DNA from: Candidatus Sungiibacteriota bacterium
Lineage (GTDB): Bacteria; Patescibacteriota; Minisyncoccia; Sungbacterales; HO2-52-23
DNA length: 64,000 bases
Assembly: GCA_016432465.1 (NCBI GenBank)
Contig: CP066690.1
Span: forward strand, 186,702 to 250,701
Reading direction: 5' to 3'
Shown: positions 28,985 through 39,170 of the stretch, one piece after another
Numbering within the stretch: position 1 is the stretch's first letter
Layout of the letters: every line of letters starts with the position of its first letter
Position numbers and translations under genes: made by a program
Notes under the pieces: generated by a model
Told to the model about the DNA's origin: nothing
Database searches by the model: none
What the model saw: the letters and a program-made list of their open reading frames with translations, nothing else

Positions 28985-29566
28985 CTACCTAAATCTCTCC
29001 ATAGTTACCTTCCAGTCAATCGCCTTAAAAAATGCCTCGATGTAGTCAGTTTTCTTAAGACCGTAATCCAGCATATAGGCGTGCTCAAAAACGTCTAAAA
29101 TTAGAAGGGGTTTTGCCCCTACAAGGTGTCCGAAATCATGCTCATTAACCCAGACGTTAAACATGCGGTTAGCCTCCGAGTCGTAGTAAAGAATTGTCCA
29201 GCCAATACCGCGCATGGTACCAGTTCCCTTAAAATCTTTTTCCCAGTTCTCGTAACTTCCGAAGTCTTCAACGAGCCTTTTATAAAAATCGGAGCTCTGG
29301 TCAGCGGTGCCGCCGCCTTTGGTCATATTTCCAAAATATAATTCATGCAGCCGCATACCGTTAAACTCCCAGCCAAAACGTCGTTTGAGTTCCGCATATG
29401 CCGGCGTACCGGTCTTGCCGGATGCTGTTAATTCGCTTAGTTCCTCAAGCAGTTTATTGGTATTGGCAACATACCCTTGATAAAGAGTGAAGTGATTTTT
29501 CAATAATTGGTCGCTAAAGCCGGCCGTGCCGAGAAGGTGATCGTAATTTTTTGGTTCGTAAGACAT
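28985..29566 (-). CDS. Fe/Mn superoxide dismutase
   Basis: HHTLYQ-like N-terminus; DVFEHAYMLDY; W.VNEHDFG metal-ligand motifs. Confidence 0.9.
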   Translation of the reverse strand: MSYEPKNYDHLLGTAGFSDQLLKNHFTLYQGYVANTNKLLEELSELTASGKTGTPAYAELKRRFGWEFNGMRLHELYFGNMTKGGGTADQSSDFYKRLVEDFGSYENWEKDFKGTGTMRGIGWTILYYDSEANRMFNVWVNEHDFGHLVGAKPLLILDVFEHAYMLDYGLKKTDYIEAFFKAIDWKVTMERFR

Positions 29567-29769
29567 AGCTTTGGTTTGATTATGTTGACAATTTCACGAT
29601 GAACAGATTATGCCCACGCACTAATTTCGACCTGAGTACTTCTTTATTGCTGCAACACTCGCGGGTACGCCTTCGGCTCGATTATCTATCTTGTGGGCAT
29701 GTATTCAAATTAGTGCGGGGCGTAGGTTTTGTAACCAAAATTTTGATTCTCAAAATTTTGGACAAAGCC

Positions 29770-30036
29770 CTACGGAAAAATCTGGTTTCCCTCCTCGTCA
29801 AAAATTAAAATCGCCTGCGTGGGACAAGATTTGGCCGCCAAAAGTATGGTTTCATCGTCCGCTCCTTTATCATTATAAACCACCGCTTTATTTTCGGAAT
29901 CCAATTCAAAAACTCCCGGCGCAACCGCAATACAAGATGCCGCCCCAATACAAAGATTGCGATCAACGACGATCTTGCCGATTTTGAGAAGTTTCTTTTC
30001 TGGCGCTGACTGATTTTTTACAGAGTCTTGACTCAT
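29770..30036 (-). CDS. Single-cluster ferredoxin
   Basis: CIGAASCIAVAP ... CPTQAI pattern. Confidence 0.65.
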   Translation of the reverse strand: MSQDSVKNQSAPEKKLLKIGKIVVDRNLCIGAASCIAVAPGVFELDSENKAVVYNDKGADDETILLAAKSCPTQAILIFDEEGNQIFP

Positions 30037-30038
30037 TA

Positions 30039-30302
30039 TTGATTTTTGTTATACTTTCTTTAGTACTGAAGCGGGGTGCAGAGATGGAAAAATACCCCTT
30101 TATAATGCTTCTTTGCATACTACTTGCCTCGTTGCCGTTTTATATTGACCTACACGGCGTCCATCCCTATTTTTTGGTAGTTTGGTACTCTCTTCTTGGA
30201 TTAGCAATAACGTGGGCGAGCATAGCGTGGGCAATCAAAGCTTTCCAAAGGTATACACTGAGAAAAAATAACCAAAGTGGTTCCGCTACAGACGACCGTT
30301 GA
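30039..30302 (+). CDS. Small membrane protein (hypothetical)
   Basis: Two hydrophobic segments. Confidence 0.3.
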   Translation: MIFVILSLVLKRGAEMEKYPFIMLLCILLASLPFYIDLHGVHPYFLVVWYSLLGLAITWASIAWAIKAFQRYTLRKNNQSGSATDDR

Positions 30303-30460
30303 AAACGTAGATGAACCACCAGTTAGGTGACAAATCATGGCCCTTCGGTAACTAATGCCGGAGGGTCTTTAAATTGCAAATCACCATAAATTATAAATAC
30401 TGACCGAGGTGAGACCAATCTTCTTGGGGGTACTTTTTTCAGGAGTTGATTTATCCATTA

Positions 30461-30652
30461 TTATAAATATCCCGCTGCGCCGCCTGGTTCTGCTTTCTTT
30501 TGTGTTTTCAACTGCCCTATTAATTCCTTAAGCCGTGAAGATTCGGAAGGAGAAAGTGCCTTACCCCTAGACGCCTTTTCTTGCAGTTGTTTAAGCTCCT
30601 CATCAAAAGAAACCCACCCCTCGCCCGGTTTAAAAGTTTCTCTAAGTCCCAT
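30461..30652 (-). CDS. Small hypothetical protein immediately downstream of nifU
   Basis: 3-nt gap to the upstream gene; charged and helical. Confidence 0.3.
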   Translation of the reverse strand: MGLRETFKPGEGWVSFDEELKQLQEKASRGKALSPSESSRLKELIGQLKTQKKAEPGGAAGYL

Positions 30653-30655
30653 AAA

Positions 30656-31321
30656 CTATCCGTAATATTTTTCTTTATAGAAACGAATTAGCTGTTCGAC
30701 CTCGGTGATGATTTCCGGCGAACCAACACCTACTTTTAATTTTTTCTGCACGCCGTCAAGATCCACCGCCCCTTCCAGCACCGCCTCCTCAATGTCTTTA
30801 TCGGTAATATTTAACTTGGGGTCAATCACGCGCGCTCCTTCTATTATAATACGCTTATGCTGCCCTGTCCTGCGGAAGTAATCGTTGACAGCTTTGCGGA
30901 AGGCCTTATCAGCAAGGACCGAGCAGTGGATTTTTCTATTCGGCAATCCGCCGAGCCGCTCCATAATATGCTGGGGCTTGATTTTCAACGCTTCATCCAT
31001 TGGCACCCCCCCTTTTTCAGTCACCATCACGGAAAACATAGAGGTTGCGGCAATGGCCGAGCCGCACCCAAACGTACGCCATTTCATTTCTTTTATTTTT
31101 TCAGTTTCCGGTTCAATTTTCAACCACATCTTCATCAGATCTCCGCATGCTGGGCTTCCCACCATTCCCACCGCATCATACTGCGACTCATCCGGGTCCT
31201 CCAGCATCAAATTCCGGGGATTGAAAAAGTGATCCTTGACAATGTCGGTGTAGTACCATTTTTCTCCGGTGAACTGATTCACAACATCGGCGCTGGTATC
31301 AACTTTAGGTTTTGATTCCAT
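30656..31321 (-). CDS. nifU: NifU/IscU-type Fe-S cluster assembly scaffold with a C-terminal extension
   Basis: GSPACGD...FGCGSAIA...HCSVLA three-Cys IscU motif. Confidence 0.85.
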   Translation of the reverse strand: MESKPKVDTSADVVNQFTGEKWYYTDIVKDHFFNPRNLMLEDPDESQYDAVGMVGSPACGDLMKMWLKIEPETEKIKEMKWRTFGCGSAIAATSMFSVMVTEKGGVPMDEALKIKPQHIMERLGGLPNRKIHCSVLADKAFRKAVNDYFRRTGQHKRIIIEGARVIDPKLNITDKDIEEAVLEGAVDLDGVQKKLKVGVGSPEIITEVEQLIRFYKEKYYG

Positions 31322-32655
31322 TATTTATAATTTTTACCGCCGACTTTGATTTTTGATCCTTGTCCCGCAAAGGCCTCCGGATGACTTACGGTTTTTTGCC
31401 CGATTTCCAGCCGCACTGGAGAAATTTTTCGCAGTTTCTCCACTATTCCCGGGAAAACTTCCAAAACATAATCCAAATCTTCTTTGGTGGTTCGCCTGCC
31501 TAAAGTAAACCGCAACGAGCCATGTGCGTATTCGTATGGCCGACCTATGGCCAAAATCACATGTGAGGGGTCAAGCGTAGTTGAGGTGCAGGCAGATCCG
31601 GTGGAAATATAAATTCCTTTAGCGTCAAGATATAAAATCACGGCTTCACCCTCAATATCCAGAACCGAAATATTTATATTATTGGGGAGACGTTTTTTCG
31701 GGTGCCCGTTCAAAACAATTTTGGGAACGCGCTTCATAACTTCGCTGATAAAATAATCGCGAAGTTTTAGGAGCCGAGCGTTTTCTTTTTCGCGCTCTTC
31801 TTGCGCCAGCTCAAACGCCTTGGCAAACCCTATAATTCCCGGGATATTTTCCGTGCCGGAGCGCAGATTATTTTCCTGCCCTCCGCCATAAATCAAGGGC
31901 CTTAAACGGATGCCGCGCCGGATATATAGACACCCAACTCCTTTGGGCCCGTAAATTTTTGACCCGTTCATGGCCAGTAAATCAACTCCTAGTTTTTGAA
32001 CATCCATATCCAATGCACCGGCCGCCTGACAGGCATCGGTATGGAAAAAGATCGGAGTCGGATTACCTGCGACTTTTCGTTCCTCGCGTATCTCTTTTAT
32101 TATTTTCCCAATTTCCTCAATCGGCTCAATGGTCCCAATTTCGTTATTAGCATACATTATTGAAACCAAAATCGTATACGGGCGAATAGCTTTTTTTATT
32201 TCTTCCTGACGAACAAGACCGTATTCGTCCACATCAAGATAAGTTACTTCCCAGCCAGAGGCTGGTCCGCCCCCGGCGGAAAATCCTTCTTTTTCCAACG
32301 CTTCCAGAGAATGCAATACGGCATGATGTTCAATTTTGGAAGTAATTATGTGCCTCCCTTGATCCTTATACATTCGGGCAACCCCAAAAATGGCAAGATT
32401 TATTGCTTCTGTGCCTCCTCCGGTAAACACAAGCTCTTCGGATTTGCAATTCAAAAGCCGCGCGACGACTGAACGCGCACTATCCAACGACTCTTTAGCT
32501 CGGCGCCCGGGACGATATAAACTTGAAGGATTACCATATTCTTCTTCCCAATACGGTTCCATTGCCTCGGCGACCCGAGGATCAAGATACGTTGTTGCCG
32601 CGTGATCAAGATATACCCCGTTAGAGATATATTTTGGAGCTTCCTTTTCAGTCAT
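31321..32655 (-). CDS. nifS: Cysteine desulfurase (NifS/IscS), start taken at the internal Met MTEKEAP
   Basis: YLDHAATT; PLP-Lys region SGSKIYGPKG; active-site loop STGSACTS. Confidence 0.85.
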   Translation of the reverse strand: MTEKEAPKYISNGVYLDHAATTYLDPRVAEAMEPYWEEEYGNPSSLYRPGRRAKESLDSARSVVARLLNCKSEELVFTGGGTEAINLAIFGVARMYKDQGRHIITSKIEHHAVLHSLEALEKEGFSAGGGPASGWEVTYLDVDEYGLVRQEEIKKAIRPYTILVSIMYANNEIGTIEPIEEIGKIIKEIREERKVAGNPTPIFFHTDACQAAGALDMDVQKLGVDLLAMNGSKIYGPKGVGCLYIRRGIRLRPLIYGGGQENNLRSGTENIPGIIGFAKAFELAQEEREKENARLLKLRDYFISEVMKRVPKIVLNGHPKKRLPNNINISVLDIEGEAVILYLDAKGIYISTGSACTSTTLDPSHVILAIGRPYEYAHGSLRFTLGRRTTKEDLDYVLEVFPGIVEKLRKISPVRLEIGQKTVSHPEAFAGQGSKIKVGGKNYK

Positions 32656-32703
32656 GTTCTTAACTGTGGAGAATATCACCCCCTTAGATGATTTGTTGAA
32701 CAA

Positions 32704-32716
32704 ATCTCTAACGGGG
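32704..32716. mobile_element. Solo MITE terminal-repeat remnant ATCTCTAACGGGG between the Rrf2 gene and nifS
   Basis: Matches the right-hand terminal repeat of the MITE family; imperfect partner CCCCTTAGATGA 20 bp upstream. Confidence 0.4.
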
Positions 32717-32726
32717 TAAACTTCCC

Positions 32727-33017
32727 TCATAATTTTTTAATAGTCCTTAACACCGGACAAAGTGAATAAATCGGCGCGTAAAAATCAATCAGGTTTCCAA
32801 CGGAAGCCGCCCGGCGACTTTCTGCAAGTCTATAACCACCACCCGCGCCCCTGCGAGACTCTAACCAACCGGCGTGTTTAAGTTCCTGCGCAACCTTCTC
32901 AAGATACGCTCGGGGGAGATGGAACTCCCCGGCTACGGTCCGTACGTCCGCGAACGTTTCTTTCTTCTGCTTCAAGTATTCAATTAATATTAATGCGTAA
33001 TCAAAACGCTTTTTCAT
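32727..33017 (-). CDS. Rrf2-family transcriptional regulator (IscR-like), apparently C-terminally truncated
   Basis: HTH region plus RRGAGGGYRL signature; only 96 aa; lacks the Cys-ligand region of IscR. Confidence 0.6.
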   Translation of the reverse strand: MKKRFDYALILIEYLKQKKETFADVRTVAGEFHLPRAYLEKVAQELKHAGWLESRRGAGGGYRLAESRRAASVGNLIDFYAPIYSLCPVLRTIKKL

Positions 33018-33018
33018 C

Positions 33019-33227
33019 CCGATAGTGATTTATCCCGTTAGAGATTTATTACGTATGGAAACATGCAGTAAGACGCGTTCCGCATACATTGATATCCTAC
33101 AAACCGCATTTAGTTCCATATCTCTAACGGGATTTACGGTTAGACTTGATAAATAACTTACTCCCATAGTAATTATACATATTATAACCCCGGCAGGTAT
33201 GAACTTTATCACTATCGGGATTCATAA
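33019..33227. mobile_element. Nested MITE-like element: outer inverted repeat TCCCGATAGTGAT / ATCACTATCGGGA enclosing an inner element (33032-33133) with ATCCCGTTAGAGAT / ATCTCTAACGGGAT terminal repeats
   Basis: Both inverted-repeat pairs read directly. Confidence 0.5.
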
Positions 33228-33275
33228 TTTCGGATACTTTTAGTCCGATTATATCTAAAAATATATAAGCCTTTT

Positions 33276-33298
33276 CTATAGAGGTCGGACCTCTATAG
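33276..33298. repeat. REP palindrome copy 4 (CTATAGAGGTCgGACCTCTATAG) just downstream of the peroxiredoxin gene
   Basis: Identical to the REPs flanking the RAYT. Confidence 0.8.
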
Positions 33299-33302
33299 AA
33301 AC

Positions 33303-33887
33303 TTACCTTAACTCTTGATAAACCCTACCGGCTTTTTTGATAGAGGGTTTAATCGTTGCCTCCCCTTCTTCCCAACTGGCGGGACAAACATTGCCGGGAT
33401 GACTCTTAACATATTGCAAAGCTTTTAGTTTTCTAAGAATCTCGGCAGTATTGCGTCCAATGACGTCAGTCACAATTTCTACGGCCCGCAAAGCTCCCTC
33501 TGGGTCAACTATAAACACAGCGCGCTGCGCCATGCCTTTTTCCTCATTGTAAATCCCAAGCTCGCGGGAAAATTTACCATTGTGATCCGCGGCCATAAGA
33601 AATGGCAGACCCTTCAGAAGCCCCTCGGTTTCAACCCAGGCCTTGTGAGTATAAACCGTATCCGTGCTTGCTACCACCACCTCGGTCTTTAATTTTTTAA
33701 ACTCGGACTGAAATTTTTTAAGATCACGCAATTCCGTGGGGCAGACAAAAGTAAAATCCGCCGGATAGAAAAATAAAATGAGCCAGCGCTTGGCAAAATT
33801 TTTATTGTCAATACGCTCAATCGCCTCTTTCTCCGGATTATAAACCTCAAGGGAAAAATGAGGGAATTTTTTATCTACTGTAAACAT
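33303..33887 (-). CDS. Peroxiredoxin (AhpC/TSA family)
   Basis: FFYPADFTFVCPTEL peroxidatic-Cys motif. Confidence 0.9.
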   Translation of the reverse strand: MFTVDKKFPHFSLEVYNPEKEAIERIDNKNFAKRWLILFFYPADFTFVCPTELRDLKKFQSEFKKLKTEVVVASTDTVYTHKAWVETEGLLKGLPFLMAADHNGKFSRELGIYNEEKGMAQRAVFIVDPEGALRAVEIVTDVIGRNTAEILRKLKALQYVKSHPGNVCPASWEEGEATIKPSIKKAGRVYQELR

Positions 33888-33898
33888 AATAATTAATC

Positions 33899-35122
33899 TT
33901 AAACGCTCTCTTGGCGAGTGTCAACGCCCTCGTGATGACTATTTTTCATACGTAAAAACAGAAAAATTATAAAAGCCACAACGCCTAATATCGCGCCGTA
34001 TTGAAACGACACGGCGGGGCCAAACTTGTCCCAAAGAAATCCAAAAACTAAACTCGCGGGAAGAAGGGCAAAGCCGGTGAAGGCATTATACATTCCGTAG
34101 GCGGTCGCGCGCCATTTCTCTTCCACTAAGTCCGCCACAATCGCGCGCCCCACGCCCTCTATAAAAGCAGCAGCCAGTCCATACATCGCAAAAAGCAGCC
34201 AAACGGTAGAGACCGAGGATACGCCGGCAAAAAGAAAATAAGTTGCGGCAAAAATCAGCATCCCGATCATAAAAGTATTGCGGTGGCCGATTTTATCGGA
34301 AAGCATGCCGGCCGGCGTGGAAAAAATTGCCAGCGTAATATTATAGACAAAATAAATAATGGGGAGAAGTGCCAAAGCGACTCCCACGTTTTGCGCACGC
34401 AGAAGTAAAAACGCCTCCGAGGCTCTTCCCAAAGAAAAAATCGTTGCGGCAATAAGAAATACAACAAAAGGCAGTCCCAAGTATTTAAACTCAAATTTGG
34501 GCCGCTCAGTTTGCTCCACGTGGTTGCCGACTTCCCGTACCGTAAGCTTTAGTATCAGCACCGCAAAAAAACTTGCCACAAAAGATAACAAAAAGAGCGT
34601 TCTTAGATTATTGCCAATAAGGGGTAAGAGCAAAAAGGCTAAAAGCGGCCCGGCCGCAGCGCCCAGCGTATCCGCGGTCCGGTGAAATCCAAAGGCGCGG
34701 CCAACATCTTTTTTATCCGTTGAAAAACTCAAGAGCGCGTCGCGCGGCGCATCGCGTGTACCCTTGCCTACGCGGTCCAAAAAGCGGACCGCCAATACAT
34801 GCCACGGAGCAACGGCCACAGCCAGAATGGGCTTGGCCAAAGCAGAAAGACTGTAGCCAAACACCACAAAAGGCTTGCGTCTGCGTACTTTATCAGACAA
34901 GCGGCCTGATATAATTTTCAGGATACTGGCCGTTGCGTCGGCCACACCCTCCACTAATCCCACAAAAGTGGCTGTCGCTCCAAGAACAGAAGTAAGAAAA
35001 ATCGGGATAAACGGAAAAACCATATCCGAAGATAAATCATTCAGGAAACTAACAACACCCATAGAAACTACGTTTCTGGAAAGGCCGAATATTTTGGTTG
35101 GCTTTTGAACGTTTTGTTCCAT
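33899..35122 (-). CDS. MFS transporter
   Basis: 12 predicted TM segments; GRLSDKVRRRKP MFS motif. Confidence 0.85.
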   Translation of the reverse strand: MEQNVQKPTKIFGLSRNVVSMGVVSFLNDLSSDMVFPFIPIFLTSVLGATATFVGLVEGVADATASILKIISGRLSDKVRRRKPFVVFGYSLSALAKPILAVAVAPWHVLAVRFLDRVGKGTRDAPRDALLSFSTDKKDVGRAFGFHRTADTLGAAAGPLLAFLLLPLIGNNLRTLFLLSFVASFFAVLILKLTVREVGNHVEQTERPKFEFKYLGLPFVVFLIAATIFSLGRASEAFLLLRAQNVGVALALLPIIYFVYNITLAIFSTPAGMLSDKIGHRNTFMIGMLIFAATYFLFAGVSSVSTVWLLFAMYGLAAAFIEGVGRAIVADLVEEKWRATAYGMYNAFTGFALLPASLVFGFLWDKFGPAVSFQYGAILGVVAFIIFLFLRMKNSHHEGVDTRQESV

Positions 35123-35731
35123 TTACAACGTGGGGCGCTCACCCCGAACAAGATGGATAATAGCGGGTAATACAGATAAAAAGACAATAAATCCAATAAT
35201 GGGTAATAAATATCTGTCCACTTCCGGCATAACACTCCCCAGATAAAAACCAAGAAGCGTAAGTCCAACAGCCCAGAAGAAACCTCCTATTATATTGTAG
35301 AAGAGAAAAGTTCTATAACGCATCTCGCCAACTCCGGCCAGAATCGGCGCAAAAGTTCTAACCAGGGGCATAAAACGAGCTAAAATAATGGCCGCCCCCC
35401 CATATCTTTCATAAAATCTCCGGGCTCGTTCCAGGTGGGCCCTGCGAAAGAGGAATGACTCTTCTTTGACAAAAATTTTTGGACCGACTTTTTTACCGAA
35501 AGCATAACCAAAACTATCCCCCAAAACCGCTCCGGCAAAACAAATTATTATCAAGGTAAAAATATTTAAAAATCCCTGTGAGGCCAAAAGTCCGGCGGTG
35601 AAAAGAAGCGAATCCCCGGGCAAAAAAAAGCCAAGCAAAAGCCCGGATTCGGCAAAAACAATCCCAAAAAGCCCGAGATAGCCGACCGTTCGAATCAATA
35701 AAGCAAGGTCAAATCCCACTAAAAAGTCCAT
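35123..35731 (-). CDS. DedA/VTT-family membrane protein
   Basis: FLPGDSLLFTAG and FMPLVRTFAPILAG motifs. Confidence 0.85.
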   Translation of the reverse strand: MDFLVGFDLALLIRTVGYLGLFGIVFAESGLLLGFFLPGDSLLFTAGLLASQGFLNIFTLIIICFAGAVLGDSFGYAFGKKVGPKIFVKEESFLFRRAHLERARRFYERYGGAAIILARFMPLVRTFAPILAGVGEMRYRTFLFYNIIGGFFWAVGLTLLGFYLGSVMPEVDRYLLPIIGFIVFLSVLPAIIHLVRGERPTL

Positions 35732-35947
35732 GACAGATATATTATCATGGTTTGAAAATAAGGGGAAGAAACCGACTAAAAATTAGAAAACCGAAGCGTA
35801 AAAACCGTCCCTCTGCCATTGGCAGAGGGACGGTTTTATTATTTCTGGCAGAATACACCGCGGGCTCTGCGATCAAGACGCGAGAGCTTCCTGCGAAACG
35901 GAAGCTCTCGTCTCCGGGGTCGGTTACTCAAAGAACACCGCTTGCAT

Positions 35948-38900
35948 CTACTTCAAACCTTTCAGCAAACTTCTTAACCTTTCCAGAATCGCGTTTAGCG
36001 ACTCGGTAATGGAGGCGATGAGTTTATTGGTTGAAACCGCGGGTAATTCTGCAACCGCAAGATTCCCGGTGCTGGAATCAAGTTTGGCTAAAAAGATATC
36101 TGTTGCCCCGCCAAAACTTAAGTTATTCAAAGAGCCCTCCACATATCCGGTTATAAAAGGATTTCCCGAATTGTCCAAAGCTATCGCGCTACCCGTGTCT
36201 AACTGCGAAGTACCCAGAAGGTACGACCATAATTTATTGCCGCTCGCATCATATCTTAGTGTAAAGATGTCGCGACTGCCGCTATTGGTTTTGCCGTCCA
36301 GCGGCCCATCAGTGCCCCCGACAATAAAGGAACCGCCTGATCCCGAAACCGCAAGACCATTCGGCCAGTCATTGCCGTAACTTCCAAACTGTCGAAGCCA
36401 GACTAGAGTCCCTGAACTATTGTATTTTGCAAGAAAAACGTCAACGGCTCCGGCAGAAGTCTGACCTGTTAACGCACTAGCGGTCTCACCAGCAACATAA
36501 ATGTTACCGGAGGAATCCGTACCCACCCCGTTCCCCGCGTCAGTCCCCGAAGCCCCCAAGAGTCTTGTCCAAATACGATTGCCGTTAGCGTCATACTTCG
36601 TAAGAAACATGTCATTACCACCCGCAAAAGTTTGTCCATCAATTGCGCTGCCAGTATTACCGGTAACATAGACATTGCCGGAACTATCAGAATTAACTGC
36701 TCTGGCTCGCTCGGCTGTAGAGCCACCCCAAAGCCGTGACCAAAGTTTGGTTCCGTTACTGTCGTATTTCACCAGCAGAATATCCAAATCCCCTCCAAAG
36801 GATTGTCCATCTATGGATCCCGAAGCATCACCAGCGGCATAAATGCTTCCATCAACGGGGCTTACAGAAACGCCCCAGAAGCGGTCTAGCCCCGACGTAC
36901 CTATCAGACGAGTCCATAATCTTGTCCCGTTGCCGTCATATTTTACAAGCAACGCATCACTGCTTCCAACATAAGTTTGCCCATCTATGGATCCTGCCGC
37001 ATGGCCTGCCGCATAGATATTCCCCTGACCGTCTGATTTAACGCTGGTAAAATTGTCTCCGCCGGTTGATGATCCTACCAGACGGACCCAGATTTTATTC
37101 CCGCTACTGTCGTATTTAGCTACTAAAGCATCGTAGTCAAATGCGACTGAGCCTACCGGCGCTTGTCCATCTATGGCCCCATCAGTGGTACCGGCAATAT
37201 AAATAGCTCCGCTAGAGTTATCAGCCGTCACCCCTGCGGCTGAATCAAAACCCGAGCCCCCTAAAAGTTTCAACCAAGAAGCCGCTGCGGATAAAGTGAC
37301 AAAAGTAAAATCATCAGACGTGGCGCTTATACCCAACGAGCCTTTGGATAATACACGGTAGTGGTACGTTGTACCGGCCTGCAGGCCGGGAATCGTAACC
37401 GAGTGAGAAGTGACAAGTTCTGAATAAGAAACCGAGTAGCCATAGATAGCGGTTTGTCCGTGTTCCACCTTACTGTCTGACGCCCCATCCGTAGTCCAGG
37501 TTACGGTGACGGAATTTTGAGTGATGTTTGTTGCCTGAACGTTAGAAATTTGGGGCGGCGCCGGATCGGTAGTAAACAAACCGGTGGAGGTGGCCATATT
37601 GCCAGCCGCATCTTTAGATTTAACGCGGAAATAATAAGTGGTGCTTGGCTGCAATTGTGAAAGCGTAACCGCATGTGAATTTACCATGCTAGTATTCAGG
37701 GACGTATTACTGCCGTAAGAAGTTGTAAGGCCGTACTCAGCTTGTGAATCAGCTACTTCATTCGTGAACCAAATTATAGATACGCTCGTGGAAGCGGAAT
37801 CAGTACTTCCCGTGGTGTAGAGATTTGAAATCGTTGGCGGCGTGACATCAGAAGGAGCAGTAGTGGAGGAACCGTAGATCACTGAATTTGACTCTGTGCC
37901 CGTAGCACCCGCGCACGTATAATTACCGCTACACCCAAAGACCTTGTATTTGTAGGAATAGCCGCTGACAAAAGCCTCATCCCCAACTGAACCCCAGACA
38001 TGCGTATCATTATAGGTATATGTAGAGCCGCTCCTTAACGTAGAACCGATCCAAACACCGCAGGCGCCGGTTGGAAAAGAGCCCCCATTGACACTTCTGT
38101 AAACACAGTATAATGGCGCCCCAGAATCTGGCCAGCTTAAGGTGATTTTTCCAGCGCCCGGAGTGGCGGTTACCGAAGTGGGTGGAGTATAAGCGGCAGT
38201 TGTTGTAGTGGTAGTGGTCGTGGTCGTAGATACGAATGTGGTTGCCGGCGTTGCAGAAGTTGCCGGCGTTGCTGAAGTAGTAATACCACCACCGCTTACG
38301 GGCTGGGCGGGTAAGGCCGGAGTTGCAGGGACTGCGGGAATTGTCCCGGATGTGGTAGTGGTTGTCGCTGAAGTTGATGGCGGAAGAGCAATCAAGGTAG
38401 TTGTTGCAGAAAGAGTTGGGGTGGTCGTGGCAAGTTTCTTCTCAATTCCGGGAGCAGTCAGAAGTCCCGGAGGAATAACACCTGATGCTCCGGCTCCCCG
38501 TTCTAAAAGTCCTTGGATAACTCCCCTGCCTAGTTCTTGGAATTTGGCAATGGTCCTGGGTCCCACAATCCCCACTGATTCAATCCCTTGTTTTTCCTGC
38601 CATTTTTTTACTGCAGTTTCGGTGAGGGGGCCGAAAAAGCCGGTAATTAGGCCTTCCGGATAAATTTCTTTGTCTTTGGCTAGAAATTCCTGGAGGCGAC
38701 GAACATCGTCTCCGGATGATCCCCGAGATAAGGAGCGGGTGAGTTCCGGAGGAGCGGTTTCTGGTTGAGACAATGGTATTTCTGCTGCAGAAGACGGAGC
38801 GGGTTCGGCTACGCTTGTTGCCGGAACAACAGGGGGTTCCGGAGTTTTACCCAGTTCCTGCTGAAGGGTTCTTACTTGCGCTTGGAGTGTTTGGATTTGG

Positions 38901-39022
38901 GCTTGAAGTTCACGAATTAAAGCTTGGAGGTCGGAGGATGGAGGGTTTTGAGCAAATACAAAATTGGCGGCAAGAAGCGCCGCAAAAAGAGTTAAAACAA
39001 ACAAGCAGTATTTAAAACCCAT
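35948..39022 (-). CDS. Giant (1024 aa) surface protein: signal, coiled coil, PG-binding-like domain, Thr-rich linker, FN3-like domains, ~8 SBBP beta-propeller repeats
   Basis: LQALIRELQAQIQTLQAQVRTLQQEL; SRGSSGDDVRRLQEFLAKDKEIYPEGLITGFFGPLTETAVKKWQ; repeated SGN.Y.AG...G..D.FL.KYD.SG..LW. Confidence 0.8.
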   Translation of the reverse strand: MGFKYCLFVLTLFAALLAANFVFAQNPPSSDLQALIRELQAQIQTLQAQVRTLQQELGKTPEPPVVPATSVAEPAPSSAAEIPLSQPETAPPELTRSLSRGSSGDDVRRLQEFLAKDKEIYPEGLITGFFGPLTETAVKKWQEKQGIESVGIVGPRTIAKFQELGRGVIQGLLERGAGASGVIPPGLLTAPGIEKKLATTTPTLSATTTLIALPPSTSATTTTTSGTIPAVPATPALPAQPVSGGGITTSATPATSATPATTFVSTTTTTTTTTTAAYTPPTSVTATPGAGKITLSWPDSGAPLYCVYRSVNGGSFPTGACGVWIGSTLRSGSTYTYNDTHVWGSVGDEAFVSGYSYKYKVFGCSGNYTCAGATGTESNSVIYGSSTTAPSDVTPPTISNLYTTGSTDSASTSVSIIWFTNEVADSQAEYGLTTSYGSNTSLNTSMVNSHAVTLSQLQPSTTYYFRVKSKDAAGNMATSTGLFTTDPAPPQISNVQATNITQNSVTVTWTTDGASDSKVEHGQTAIYGYSVSYSELVTSHSVTIPGLQAGTTYHYRVLSKGSLGISATSDDFTFVTLSAAASWLKLLGGSGFDSAAGVTADNSSGAIYIAGTTDGAIDGQAPVGSVAFDYDALVAKYDSSGNKIWVRLVGSSTGGDNFTSVKSDGQGNIYAAGHAAGSIDGQTYVGSSDALLVKYDGNGTRLWTRLIGTSGLDRFWGVSVSPVDGSIYAAGDASGSIDGQSFGGDLDILLVKYDSNGTKLWSRLWGGSTAERARAVNSDSSGNVYVTGNTGSAIDGQTFAGGNDMFLTKYDANGNRIWTRLLGASGTDAGNGVGTDSSGNIYVAGETASALTGQTSAGAVDVFLAKYNSSGTLVWLRQFGSYGNDWPNGLAVSGSGGSFIVGGTDGPLDGKTNSGSRDIFTLRYDASGNKLWSYLLGTSQLDTGSAIALDNSGNPFITGYVEGSLNNLSFGGATDIFLAKLDSSTGNLAVAELPAVSTNKLIASITESLNAILERLRSLLKGLK

Positions 39023-39170
39023 ACCCTAAACGTAAAACAATGCTAAATCTGCAACAAGTGTACTTTTCCACACGATACTTCTCCGGTGCACACCCACATT
39101 AAAATTTGGTTTGGAGACGAGCGTCCATGACTTTCTAGGTGTGGGGTGATAAAAAAAGAAATCCATAAAT

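Noticed and set aside
33030-33212. 60-aa minus ORF overlapping the nested MITE
   Set aside because: It lies entirely within inverted-repeat/MITE sequence, with no Shine-Dalgarno or start context.
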